DNA of 25,301 bases from a virus. Its lineage: Duplodnaviria > Caudoviricetes. The position numbers and the translations under genes were made by a program. Shown here piece by piece: positions 1 through 8,939 of the stretch. The notes under the pieces were generated by a model, which saw only the letters and a program-made list of their open reading frames with translations, had not been told where the DNA came from and ran no database searches. Every line of letters begins with the position of its first letter. The stretch's first letter is position 1. The stretch lies in IMG/VR virus record IMGVR_UViG_3300033067_000635, positions 1 through 25,301 of that record. The stretch is one strand, 5' to 3'.

Positions 1-2802
1 AACATTGTAAACCAATTCCAGCAGATAGATACGGGCAATAAGATGAATGCCCAGGTCAAGCAATGGAAAGACCTCCAGGAGAAGTTTAAGTCTGGCAAGA
101 TATCAGCCCAGCAATTCCAAAAGCAGAGCGATATGATACTAGCTGAGAATAGAAAGACCTCTGCTAAGCGTAAGCAGCTTGAGAAGGATGTATTAAGCCC
201 ACTCGACCTGGCAAAGGCATCAGGCGAGACCGCCTTAAATGTTGTAGCCCTTGTCGCAAGTGCTGGTGGTGGCCAAGCTACCCTCAAGGCTTTAGCTGGT
301 AAGGAGGGGGCTGCTGGTGTGATAGGAAAGACTGCCCAGTTCGGTGGTCGTGCTTTAGGCATGGACACAAGTAAGTCAGTAGGTGGAGCATTGCTTAAGT
401 CTCAACTAGTGGCCAAACCATCCGTGCAGACTATACCGCAGATAGCTAAAGATGTATCTACAGGCAATTATGGCGGGGCAGCTATAAACACAGCGTTATT
501 GGCCTCTGGCGGTTTAGCTGGTGGACCACTCGGTAGTGGGAAGAAGGTACTCGATAAGGCAGGGGCACAGGTCAGCAAAGCCATATACGATACTCATGGC
601 CTATATGATGTAGTGAAGCTCAAGGGCGGCACAAGCGTCAACGAAGCCTTCACTGCTGCTCAAAAGCTGAGCAAAAACGCTAAAAAGGATGAAGGCATAC
701 TTAAGGTATTCCAAGATCTAGCTGTACAGGAACACGGTAAAGGTCCAGAGGCTGTGGCACGGGCAATAGAAGCTAACCAGCCTGGTGGTAAGAAGTTTGC
801 CGATATGACATACAACGATTTCATAAAAGCCGCCAGTAGCATCGTGTCTGACAGGACTAAATTACAGGCTGTAGCAAAGAATGCTGGGCTTAAGATACCT
901 ACAGGCACAGCAGTAGTGGCTGCTCGTCTCACACCTGAGAGCAAAGCCGCAATAGCTAAGAGACTATCACAGGCTGACAATCCTATCAAGGAGTTGTCAA
1001 TGCTTAAGAAGGAAGGCCTTATAAAGGGCCCTAACTTACCAGGCCAGATAGAAGAGATGGTCAAGTCTGGCGTTACGGGTGAACAACTTGCTAAGAAGGT
1101 AGACTCCCTAAAGGCTGTTCCTGCTGCACTTGTTGATGGTGCCCCGGTAGTAACTAAAGACGGTAGGTTCCTAGCATTTGCTAAGGGTGCAGGTACAGTC
1201 AAAAAGGCGAGTGAAGTTGGTGACATCGTAAAGGGTCAGAAGGCTAAGCTAGGTGCTATTGGTAGAACGCTTGAGAAGATTGGTCTAAGTACTAAACAAG
1301 CAGACCCTGCAGAGCAAAGAGCTATATTCAACAAGGTTAAGGATAGCTTCGTTAAGTCTATAGATGCCAACCCAGATATCAAGATGTCAGGTCGCGAATT
1401 ATTATCAGCTCTTAACAAGGTTACAGACCAGAAGAAGGGTGTATTTGACATACGACAACTTCAAAAGGGCGAGATTGCTGAGCTTATTGGTGGCGATAAG
1501 AAGGCTGCAGGAGACGTATTATCTGCCTACAACAACGCCTTTAAGAAGCTAGGCTTTGGCGAACGTGGGCTAGGGGGAAAGCTTACCGACTTTAACATGC
1601 GTAACAACCCTATCGCACCTGGATACTCACGCATACAGTCAGCTGCAAGATACGAGATTAACCCATTCTTCCGCGTACAAGAGAACCTGGAAACAAGGTT
1701 AGGCGCTGCTGCACTTACCGGCAAGAATACTATGCCATTTACTGACAAGTATAACAATACTGTCAAGTTGCTTAGAGACGAAGGTGTATTCAAGAACATG
1801 TTCGCAGGTCCTGCAGGTGAGGGTGCTGCCGGCTTAGGTGCAATATCTGCCAAGCTATCTAAATCACAGCAAAACCAGATTGCCATGACACTTGAGACGT
1901 TCGCAGGTGGCAAGAACAACGTAATGAAATTTGTATCTGACCCTAAGAACGCTGGTATTATGCAAGATATTAAGACTATCGTTCAGTACCCAGATAAAGG
2001 CTTTACAAGCTCTAACTTTATGAAGGCTCTTAACCTCGCTGTGTTCCCTATGAGGTACAACCTTAAGGTAACGCAATTTGCAGCTAAGGCATTAGCAAAA
2101 CAGCCAGGTGCCGTACAGGTTCAAGTACTTAAGGGCATTAAAGACCTATCAGACTGGCAAAAGACGCCAGAGGGTATCAAGTGGAGCTCGGACAACTCAG
2201 AAGCAATCGGCGTACTTAAATACTTTACCCCGATAGGCACTGTAGAGTCAGCTTTAAGACTTCTTTCTCCCGGTGAAGTACGAGGCATAAAGGATTTAGG
2301 TCAGATCGGTGGTCTACCATTTGGAATAGTCAGCAGAGTATTGCAAGGGCAAGGTATAACTAAGTCAGCCTCTCCATACGTGAACCCTAAGACTGGCGAG
2401 GTTGTACCAGACCAGATACCTAAAGATGTTAAGGCACGGGCAAGTCAGGCTTTGGCTGACATTATCGACACGATGTTTACCTTCCCAGGCCGACTGGTTG
2501 GTGCCCCTGTAAGTAAAAAGCAGTTGTCCCAGGGTGCCGCCGAATGGGCTACATTAGGGTTGCTTAAGGGTGGTAAGTATGAGCCAGTTACAAGAACCGA
2601 CCTCACAGCGCAGCAAAAGAGACAGCAAGCCGTCTTGCAGGCTGGCAAGGGTAGTAATATACCGAAGTCTCCATCAGTTATGCAGCCACGAAGCGTAAGC
2701 CTATCTTCGAGCAAACCAGTAGTCATAACACCAGTTTATAAGACTTCTAAAGCTAAGAGAGCCAAGGCAAAGGCCTCAGCACCAGGAACCTGGCGACCTT
2801 AA
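1..2802 (+). CDS. Large Ala/Gly/Lys-rich virion protein, probably internal/DNA-ejection protein (5'-truncated; >=919 aa)
   Basis: Frame +1 is open from base 1, so the ATG at 43 is probably not the true start. Mostly helical, with amphipathic C-terminal segments (NPFFRVQE, VFPMRYNLKV, GLPFGIV) and a basic tail. Lies next to the head genes. The ejection-protein role is inference; a tape-measure role cannot be excluded. Confidence 0.55.
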   Translation, partial: NIVNQFQQIDTGNKMNAQVKQWKDLQEKFKSGKISAQQFQKQSDMILAENRKTSAKRKQLEKDVLSPLDLAKASGETALNVVALVASAGGGQATLKALAGKEGAAGVIGKTAQFGGRALGMDTSKSVGGALLKSQLVAKPSVQTIPQIAKDVSTGNYGGAAINTALLASGGLAGGPLGSGKKVLDKAGAQVSKAIYDTHGLYDVVKLKGGTSVNEAFTAAQKLSKNAKKDEGILKVFQDLAVQEHGKGPEAVARAIEANQPGGKKFADMTYNDFIKAASSIVSDRTKLQAVAKNAGLKIPTGTAVVAARLTPESKAAIAKRLSQADNPIKELSMLKKEGLIKGPNLPGQIEEMVKSGVTGEQLAKKVDSLKAVPAALVDGAPVVTKDGRFLAFAKGAGTVKKASEVGDIVKGQKAKLGAIGRTLEKIGLSTKQADPAEQRAIFNKVKDSFVKSIDANPDIKMSGRELLSALNKVTDQKKGVFDIRQLQKGEIAELIGGDKKAAGDVLSAYNNAFKKLGFGERGLGGKLTDFNMRNNPIAPGYSRIQSAARYEINPFFRVQENLETRLGAAALTGKNTMPFTDKYNNTVKLLRDEGVFKNMFAGPAGEGAAGLGAISAKLSKSQQNQIAMTLETFAGGKNNVMKFVSDPKNAGIMQDIKTIVQYPDKGFTSSNFMKALNLAVFPMRYNLKVTQFAAKALAKQPGAVQVQVLKGIKDLSDWQKTPEGIKWSSDNSEAIGVLKYFTPIGTVESALRLLSPGEVRGIKDLGQIGGLPFGIVSRVLQGQGITKSASPYVNPKTGEVVPDQIPKDVKARASQALADIIDTMFTFPGRLVGAPVSKKQLSQGAAEWATLGLLKGGKYEPVTRTDLTAQQKRQQAVLQAGKGSNIPKSPSVMQPRSVSLSSSKPVVITPVYKTSKAKRAKAKASAPGTWRP

Positions 2803-2948
2803 CAGCCTCTTACGAGGTCGCAAGCAGGTCCGGCATTACTAGCTCCTTGGCTCATTACATACACGGCCAGGAGTACTAGGATGCCTGCAAATATCCACAT
2901 AGCCCAATCGGGGCCATCGGTGTTCTTAGTTGGCTTATCTTCATCCAT
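2799..2948 (-). CDS. 49-aa single-pass membrane peptide MDEDKPTKNTDGPDWAMWIFAGILVLLAVYVMSQGASNAGPACDLVRGC (below ORF-track cutoff)
   Basis: Translated by hand: ATG at 2948-2946, TAA at 2801-2799. It fills the intergenic gap exactly, and its stop shares the TTAA with the stop of the large gene. Clear hydrophobic helix, with its own promoter immediately upstream. Confidence 0.75.
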   Translation of the reverse strand: MDEDKPTKNTDGPDWAMWIFAGILVLLAVYVMSQGASNAGPACDLVRGC

Positions 2949-2955
2949 AAGCCCC

Positions 2956-2984
2956 ACCTTACACCATTACTAACACATTGTCAA
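2956..2984 (-). promoter_or_regulatory. sigma70-type promoter TTGACA-17-TAAGGT for the 49-aa membrane peptide (likely leaderless mRNA)
   Basis: Minus strand reads TTGACA atgtgttagtaatggtg TAAGGT ggggctt ATG. Perfect -35, 17-nt spacer, ATG 7 nt after the -10. Confidence 0.65.
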
Positions 2985-3006
2985 GTTCCATACATAATTC
3001 AGAGTA
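2970..3006 (+). promoter_or_regulatory. Putative phage late promoter, copy 1 (CTAACA-17-CATAAT-tcagagta)
   Basis: Matches the motif also seen at 5303, 13450, 15027 and 19864. Sits at the head of the GroES/scaffold/capsid cluster. Confidence 0.55.
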
Positions 3007-3016
3007 GGAGGGAAGA

Positions 3017-3325
3017 ATGTTACTTAGTCGGTACGAACAACTTTTACAAGAATGTAATCCCAAGTTACGGATCAAGCGCTATGGCTCTAGTATGGCAGCC
3101 GTGCACGAAGGGAATAAGCATATCTGCCGTGTCCCACAGGGCGAGATAAACGCAAACAATACGTTCGAGATAAAGAAGGGCTGGGCCGACCAGTACATGA
3201 GTAACTTCAACCCTAGTGGGGAATATCGTTACAAGCTAATGACGCGCAGAGGAAGAATTGAGGTAGCTCAGATCCTCTACACGCAAAGGCTCATAACGTT
3301 TCCCCAAATAAGTAAATTATCTTAG
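3017..3325 (+). CDS. Hypothetical phage protein (102 aa)
   Basis: ORF preceded by SD AGGAGG; lies in the head cluster; no recognisable motif. Confidence 0.8.
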   Translation: MLLSRYEQLLQECNPKLRIKRYGSSMAAVHEGNKHICRVPQGEINANNTFEIKKGWADQYMSNFNPSGEYRYKLMTRRGRIEVAQILYTQRLITFPQISKLS

Positions 3326-3334
3326 GAGGATAGC

Positions 3335-3598
3335 ATGATTAAACCATTAGGCGCACGCCTACTCATTGAACCTGTAAAACAAGACCACAAAACTAGCGGC
3401 GGCATTATGCTCGGCGAGGAGTTAGCTCCTCAGAGCCTAAAGGCTGAAGTGCTGGCAGTTGGACCAGAAGTGAAAGACTTCAAAGTTGGAGACGTGATCC
3501 TCGTATCACAGTTCGCACCTACCCAGGCTAAAGAACTCCCAACCGACAAGACACTTATCGTACCAGCTGAAGATGTGCTGGCAGTAATTGCCTCCTAG
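3335..3598 (+). CDS. groES: Phage co-chaperonin GroES (Cpn10) family protein
   Basis: IKPLGARLLI, mobile loop KTSGGIML, EVLAVGP, KVGDVI and EDVLAVI are Cpn10 signatures. SD GGAGGAT. Confidence 0.92.
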   Translation: MIKPLGARLLIEPVKQDHKTSGGIMLGEELAPQSLKAEVLAVGPEVKDFKVGDVILVSQFAPTQAKELPTDKTLIVPAEDVLAVIAS

Positions 3599-3626
3599 AG
3601 TCCCCCACGGGGCTTTATGGAGCCAA
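3588..3626 (+). other. Long imperfect stem-loop between groES and the scaffold gene
   Basis: TTG-c-CTCC-TAGAGTCCC-ccac-GGGGCTTTA-t-GGAG-c-CAA can pair end to end with G-U pairs. No U-tract follows. Confidence 0.5.
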
Positions 3627-3662
3627 TAACTCCACCATACTAATAACCAGGAAACCTGCAAA

Positions 3663-4301
3663 ATGAATGATTCAACAACAGCGTCAGAAGATGCTCAAGT
3701 AGTTGACCCTCAATCACAGGGAATCACGGAAAGCCAAGCTACTGATTCCTCAAGTGTTGTGGAGTCAGAAAGTAACGTCTCTAAGGAGACTAATAGCGAG
3801 GAGAGCCTTGACGCGGCCCAACTCAAAAAAGAGTTAGACCAAGCCAAGATGGAACTCAACCAGAAGCGTAATGCCCTGGCTGAGGTCGAAAAACAAAAAG
3901 AAGAAGCACGCCTGGCAGAACTAAGTGAAGTCGAAAGACTCCGCGAAGAACTTGCACAACGGGACGAAGAAAGAGCACAACAAGAGGCAGTAGCCTTGCG
4001 CGATCGCTTTATCAACGAATACCCGGACGAGAAGGCCCGCGAAGCCGCTAGAAAACTAGTAGCTGAAAATCCATCCAACCTTTCATGGGGTGATGTTCAA
4101 ACAGAAGATGACGCAAAAGCTGCAATCCATCGTCAGATGGACGCCATTAAGGCGGTAATCGGCACGTCAGAACCAGAAGAACAGGAAGGTGGCTACACAG
4201 TCCACTCCAACAACCCGGCAGAACGAATAGGGGATCAAAAATTAGAGAACCTTTCCGCAGCCCAAATGCGTGAAGTTCTGCCAATAGCAGACCCACGCTA
4301 A
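3663..4301 (+). CDS. Capsid scaffolding protein
   Basis: Very acidic disordered N-terminus, central coiled coil and short C-terminal helix (LSAAQMREVLP). Directly upstream of the major capsid gene. Confidence 0.75.
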   Translation: MNDSTTASEDAQVVDPQSQGITESQATDSSSVVESESNVSKETNSEESLDAAQLKKELDQAKMELNQKRNALAEVEKQKEEARLAELSEVERLREELAQRDEERAQQEAVALRDRFINEYPDEKAREAARKLVAENPSNLSWGDVQTEDDAKAAIHRQMDAIKAVIGTSEPEEQEGGYTVHSNNPAERIGDQKLENLSAAQMREVLPIADPR

Positions 4302-4333
4302 ACATAAAACCTTAAACAAGAGACTAAAACCAA

Positions 4334-5272
4334 ATGGCAACAACAAACTTAACAACTACTTCCGCTCTGTCTCCAAAGATGGCCGTATACTACGACCGCC
4401 TTATGTTGGACCGATTGCGTGAGCAGTTAGTTTTCCACCAATTTGGTCAAAGCAAACGCTTACCTGCAAACTCAGGTAAGATCGCTCAGTGGTTCCGACG
4501 CAATGACCTTGCAGCTAACACAGCTACATTGACTGAAGGTACAGTACCTACAGCAATCGGCTTGAGCGCTACAAGCATCAGTGCACAGCTTGCACAGTAT
4601 GGTGACTTCACACAGACTTCAGACCTCATCCAGATGACCTCTATCGACGATGAAATCGAAGCTGCTGTTGACACTCTATCTTTCCGAGCTGCACGAACTG
4701 TTGACGCTTTAGACCGCATCCTGCTTGACGCAGGTACAACTGTTAAATACGGGGGCAGCAAAACTGCTCTTTCAGCTACTGCAGCTGGCGACGTACTTAA
4801 CGGTGCAGAAGTTCGTAAGGGTGTAGTAACCCTTAAAAACCTAAACGCACAACCACTTGATGGTGGTTACTACGTATGGGTCATCCACCCACAAAACAGC
4901 TATGACTTACAGTCAGACACTGCTTCAGGCGGATGGGTAAATGCTAACACTTATGTAGCAACTGAAGGTATCAAGAATGGTGAAGTAGGTAAGTTCGGCG
5001 GAGCTCGCTTCGTTGAAACTACTAATGTCGCTTCAACCACATCTGGTACTTCTGGATCTGCAAACGTGTATAGCACTCACTTGCTTGCTAAGGGTGCTTT
5101 CGGTGTAGTCGACTTCGACGGAGGCGTACACACGTACGTCAAGAAATCTGGCGAACAAGACACTTCGAACCCACTCAACCAGTACGCTACGGTGGGCTAC
5201 AAATTTACATACGCCAACAAGATGTTGGACGAGAATCGTCAAGTTACGTATAAGGTGGGCTCCGCAGCCTAG
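4334..5272 (+). CDS. Major capsid protein, N4-gp56-like family (HK97 fold)
   Basis: Motifs YYDRxML, LPANSGK, TLTEGTVP, QYGDF, HPxxxYDL, GEVGKFGGARFVET and NPLNQYATVGYK are typical of N4-gp56-family capsids. Followed by a terminator. Confidence 0.93.
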   Translation: MATTNLTTTSALSPKMAVYYDRLMLDRLREQLVFHQFGQSKRLPANSGKIAQWFRRNDLAANTATLTEGTVPTAIGLSATSISAQLAQYGDFTQTSDLIQMTSIDDEIEAAVDTLSFRAARTVDALDRILLDAGTTVKYGGSKTALSATAAGDVLNGAEVRKGVVTLKNLNAQPLDGGYYVWVIHPQNSYDLQSDTASGGWVNANTYVATEGIKNGEVGKFGGARFVETTNVASTTSGTSGSANVYSTHLLAKGAFGVVDFDGGVHTYVKKSGEQDTSNPLNQYATVGYKFTYANKMLDENRQVTYKVGSAA

Positions 5273-5297
5273 TCTGTAAACCACTTCGAAACCATCT

Positions 5298-5321
5298 AAG
5301 ACCCAACAGTGGGTCTTTTTT
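5298..5321 (+). terminator. Intrinsic terminator after the capsid gene
   Basis: AAGACCCA-acag-TGGGTCTT followed by TTTT. Confidence 0.85.
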
Positions 5322-5339
5322 GGTTACATACTAAGAGTA
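5303..5339 (+). promoter_or_regulatory. Putative phage late promoter, copy 2 (CCAACA-18-CATACT-aagagta), interleaved with the terminator
   Basis: CCAACA at 5303-5308 (terminator stem/loop) and CATACT at 5327-5332; same spacing as the copies at 13450, 15027 and 19864. Confidence 0.65.
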
Positions 5340-5355
5340 TCTATAGGAGGATACA

Positions 5356-6309
5356 ATGAACATACTAATCACAGGCGGCCTAGGCTTCATAGGCTCAGCA
5401 CTGTTCAACTACTTAGGCCGTGATGATGTAGGAGGCCATGATGTCGACATACTCGATTGCTACACATACGCGGGCGACCCCAAGCGGATTGACGGTATAG
5501 CCAAGATATTCGCCATTGACATTACTCAGCCCATAAACACCAAGATTGTCAATAAGCAGTACGACTATATCCTGCACCTTGCCGCTGAAACACACGTAGA
5601 CAACTCGATCACTGACCCGGGCCGATTCGTCATGACGAACGTGGTTGGTACATACAACATGTTGGAGTTCGCTCGCAAGCAAAAGAACCTGAAAGCATTC
5701 TTGTACTTCTCAACTGACGAAGTGTTTGGACCTGCCCCCGGAAATACTCTATACAAGGAGTGGGACCGATATAACTCGGGCAATCCATACTCAGCGACTA
5801 AGGCTGGCGGGGAAGAGCTCGCCCTGGCATATGGGAACACCTATAACCTGCCCATAATGGTTACTCACACTATGAACGTATTCGGTGCGCGACAACACCC
5901 CGAGAAGTTTGTGCCTATGACCGTGGCCAAGGTGCTTAAGGGTGAGAAGGTCATCATCCACGCCAACGCTGACAAGACTAAGGCAGGCAGCCGCTTCTAC
6001 ATCCATGCCGACAACGTAGCTAAAGCTGTATGGTTTGTGCTCCAAGAGGGCAAGCTACAGGACAAATATAACATTGTAGGCGAGCAGGAAGTGGATAACC
6101 TACAACTTGCCCGGCGTATTGCTGAGATTCTAGGTAAGCCGTTGAGCTACGAGCTTGTAGACTTCCATTCTAGCCGACCTGGCCATGATCTGCGCTACGG
6201 CCTAGATGGTCATAAGCTCCATGACATGGGATGGAGGCTCCCAACAAGCTTCGATACTTCACTTGTTCAAACAGTTCAAGAGATTGCTAAGAACCCATGG
6301 CAAGAATAG
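5356..6309 (+). CDS. rmlB: dTDP-glucose 4,6-dehydratase-like NDP-sugar dehydratase (RmlB/RfbB)
   Basis: TGGLGFIGS NAD motif, HLAAETHVDNSI, STDEVFG, PYSATKA (YxxxK) and RPGHDLRY. Confidence 0.93.
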   Translation: MNILITGGLGFIGSALFNYLGRDDVGGHDVDILDCYTYAGDPKRIDGIAKIFAIDITQPINTKIVNKQYDYILHLAAETHVDNSITDPGRFVMTNVVGTYNMLEFARKQKNLKAFLYFSTDEVFGPAPGNTLYKEWDRYNSGNPYSATKAGGEELALAYGNTYNLPIMVTHTMNVFGARQHPEKFVPMTVAKVLKGEKVIIHANADKTKAGSRFYIHADNVAKAVWFVLQEGKLQDKYNIVGEQEVDNLQLARRIAEILGKPLSYELVDFHSSRPGHDLRYGLDGHKLHDMGWRLPTSFDTSLVQTVQEIAKNPWQE

Positions 6310-7070
6310 GTTTCGGCGTTGTCACGTACAACAGACCCAAGTACCTGCAAAAGGTCTGGAAAGAGGTTCAGTATAACGTCTTGCCGTTCGTAGATGAGTT
6401 TATGGTCTACAATGACGGCTCTACCGCCGACTATAAATGGCCGTTTGGCAAAATGTCCCAGGTTAAAGGTGTGGCCATTGTTGATTCTAAATCAAATCGT
6501 GGAGTTGCACACGCTAAGAACGAATTGCTGAAACGGTTAAGCGTAAATAATGACTTCATATTCATCATGGAAGATGACATCCTGCCGGTCAGCCCAAAGG
6601 TCATCCCAACCTACCTAGCGGCCTACAAAATGACCGGTATCGACCACTTTATGTTCGCACACCATGGCCCAGCGAACACTCACGCCATAGACGTGCAAGG
6701 GCCAGTCGTGTGGTGGCCTAGCTGTGTAGGGGCCTTCACCTTCTACACCAAGGACATCCTAGAGAAGGTGGGGCTAATGGATGAGAACTTCAATAACGCG
6801 TGGGAACACGTAGAACACAGCTGGAGAATCCTCAAGTCTCACAAGGTTCCCTATGGCTACTGGCCTGATGTCCTGGGGTCAGAGACCTTGCTCAAGGAAA
6901 TACCGGGCAGCATCGACAAGTCCTCCATAGGCGGGCAGGAAACCCCGGCTAGACTAAGGGTGATAGTGGACGGCCTCCTGTACTGGAAAAAGAAGGATAA
7001 GGACTTCCCGGCACAGCACACCCTAGAGATATACCAAAAAGCACTTAAGGAGGCCATAGAGAATGATTAG
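6297..7070 (+). CDS. Glycosyltransferase, GT-A fold (GT2-like)
   Basis: VVTYNRPKYL, YNDGS, NRGVAHAKN, MEDD (DxD equivalent) and KVGLMDENF. Confidence 0.88.
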   Translation: MARIGFGVVTYNRPKYLQKVWKEVQYNVLPFVDEFMVYNDGSTADYKWPFGKMSQVKGVAIVDSKSNRGVAHAKNELLKRLSVNNDFIFIMEDDILPVSPKVIPTYLAAYKMTGIDHFMFAHHGPANTHAIDVQGPVVWWPSCVGAFTFYTKDILEKVGLMDENFNNAWEHVEHSWRILKSHKVPYGYWPDVLGSETLLKEIPGSIDKSSIGGQETPARLRVIVDGLLYWKKKDKDFPAQHTLEIYQKALKEAIEND

Positions 7071-7743
7071 CATATTACTACCGAGCAGGAATCGACCCGA
7101 CAACATTAAGAGGTTGTGGGACAGCATTGTCGCAACCTCAGACGACCTGACCAACATCGAGATGATTGTAGCGGTGGATCGTGATGACCCTCAACTAAAG
7201 GCCTACGTAGAACTAAGTAAAACCGAGCCCATTCATCTGATAGTTATGGACAGGACTGTCCTATCTATCTACTGGAATGAATGCCAGAAGGCTGCTAAAG
7301 GCCCTATATACATGCACGCAGGGGACGACCTTATCTTTAGGACTCAAGGTTGGGACACACAGGTTAAGGCCGCCTTTGACGAGTATGAGGACAAGATTGT
7401 CTTTGTGCACGGTGATGATGGCGGCGGTAATGGCCAGAACTTTGGAACTCACGGTTTCATCCACAAGAACTGGGTTAATGCTGTAGGCTACTTTGTCCCA
7501 CCGTACTTCAGCTCTGACTACAATGATACTTGGTTAAACGATGTATCCAACATGTTGTCAAGGCGTAAGTATGTAGACATCCTGACCGAACATATGCACC
7601 CAGCCTTCGGTAAGGGACCTATGGACATTACCCATGAAGAGAGGCTAACGAGGCATAGAACTGACAACGTGGATGCCATGTACGCCAACAAAGCTGAAGA
7701 ACGGGTACAAGATAGTAATAAGCTAAGGGAGGTGATGAAGTGA
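7063..7743 (+). CDS. Glycosyltransferase, GT-A fold (GT2-like)
   Basis: ISILLPSRNRP, VAVDRDD, AGDDL, YNDTWL and EHMHP. Confidence 0.85.
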   Translation: MISILLPSRNRPDNIKRLWDSIVATSDDLTNIEMIVAVDRDDPQLKAYVELSKTEPIHLIVMDRTVLSIYWNECQKAAKGPIYMHAGDDLIFRTQGWDTQVKAAFDEYEDKIVFVHGDDGGGNGQNFGTHGFIHKNWVNAVGYFVPPYFSSDYNDTWLNDVSNMLSRRKYVDILTEHMHPAFGKGPMDITHEERLTRHRTDNVDAMYANKAEERVQDSNKLREVMK

Positions 7744-8939
7744 AGATAGGCATGTTAGGCATGGGCAAGCTGGGACTACCAGTAGGCCTAGCCATAGAAT
7801 CTAAAGGCCATGAAGTCAAGGGTTACGACGTAAACCCGGCCGTGACTGGCTATCTGAAAGACCGCAAGATACCTTATAGGGAAGAGGGACTCCAACCACT
7901 ATTAGATAAGACTAAGGTTGAGATGGTTGAGTCCATCGACGAACTGTGTGAATGGGCAGACATCGTGTTCTGTGCTGTCCAGACACCTCACGACCCTATG
8001 TATGAAGGAACGACTAGGCTACCAGAAGACCGCAAAGACTTTGACTATAGCTACCTTATTGAGGCTGTTAAGCAAGTACGCGACACAACCCTAGTAGTTA
8101 TTTCTACGTGTCTTCCCGGTACGTTTGACACACAGATTAAACAACATATTAGCCCTACTGTCAACTATATCTACAACCCGTTCTTTATTGCTATGGGGAC
8201 TGTACTAAAGGACTTCTTAGACCCAGAGTTTGTTCTTATTGGCGGTGATCCTGGACCCCTAGAGGGCTTCTACAGGACCATCCACCAGAAGCCCCTCCTG
8301 GTAACTGACATAACTACAGCCGAAGCTATCAAGGTATCATATAACACCTTTATTACAACCAAGACTGTCTTAGCTAACCTCTGGGGACAGATAGCCGAGA
8401 AGACAGGGGCAAATGTAGACGACATCTACAAGGCTTGGAGTATGGCTACCGATAGGCTCATCAGCCCACGCTACTTACAGGCTGGTATGTCTGATGGTGG
8501 TGGCTGTCATCCACGGGACAACATAGCCCTCTCATACATATCAGACCAGCTAGGCTTAAAGTTCAATTTCTTTGAGTCGCTTATGCTGGCCAGGGAGTCC
8601 CATGAGGAGTGGATAGCTGACTACGTCCTTAACCTCAACATCCCGCAGCCTATCTTAATACTAGGTAAGTCGTTCAAGCCTGAAACTAACATCGTCACGG
8701 GTTCTCCAGCAATACTACTTGCAAACCTCTTAGAAGAGAAGGGGGCGGCGTTCACCCAGTACGACCCTTACATAGACGAGGTTGAGCCAAACTTAGACCA
8801 GCGCCTTATCGTGGTTGTGGCTACTAAGCACGAGGTCTTCTCTACCTACAAGTTCAAACAGGGGACCGTTGTGATTGACCCGTTCGGCATCATAGCTGAC
8901 CAAGAAGGCGTTGAAGTACGCAGACTAGGCCGCCGATGA
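7740..8939 (+). CDS. UDP-glucose/GDP-mannose 6-dehydrogenase family protein
   Basis: GMGKLGLP Rossmann motif, AVQTP, YNPFF, AEAIKVSYN, catalytic GGGCHPRD and GKSFKPET. Confidence 0.93.
   Translation: MKIGMLGMGKLGLPVGLAIESKGHEVKGYDVNPAVTGYLKDRKIPYREEGLQPLLDKTKVEMVESIDELCEWADIVFCAVQTPHDPMYEGTTRLPEDRKDFDYSYLIEAVKQVRDTTLVVISTCLPGTFDTQIKQHISPTVNYIYNPFFIAMGTVLKDFLDPEFVLIGGDPGPLEGFYRTIHQKPLLVTDITTAEAIKVSYNTFITTKTVLANLWGQIAEKTGANVDDIYKAWSMATDRLISPRYLQAGMSDGGGCHPRDNIALSYISDQLGLKFNFFESLMLARESHEEWIADYVLNLNIPQPILILGKSFKPETNIVTGSPAILLANLLEEKGAAFTQYDPYIDEVEPNLDQRLIVVVATKHEVFSTYKFKQGTVVIDPFGIIADQEGVEVRRLGRR

Noticed and set aside
3612-3641. CATACT before the scaffold gene as a sixth late promoter (also CATAAT at 21357 and CATACT at 25222)
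   Set aside because: No CYAACA box at 17-18 nt spacing and no downstream RGTA.
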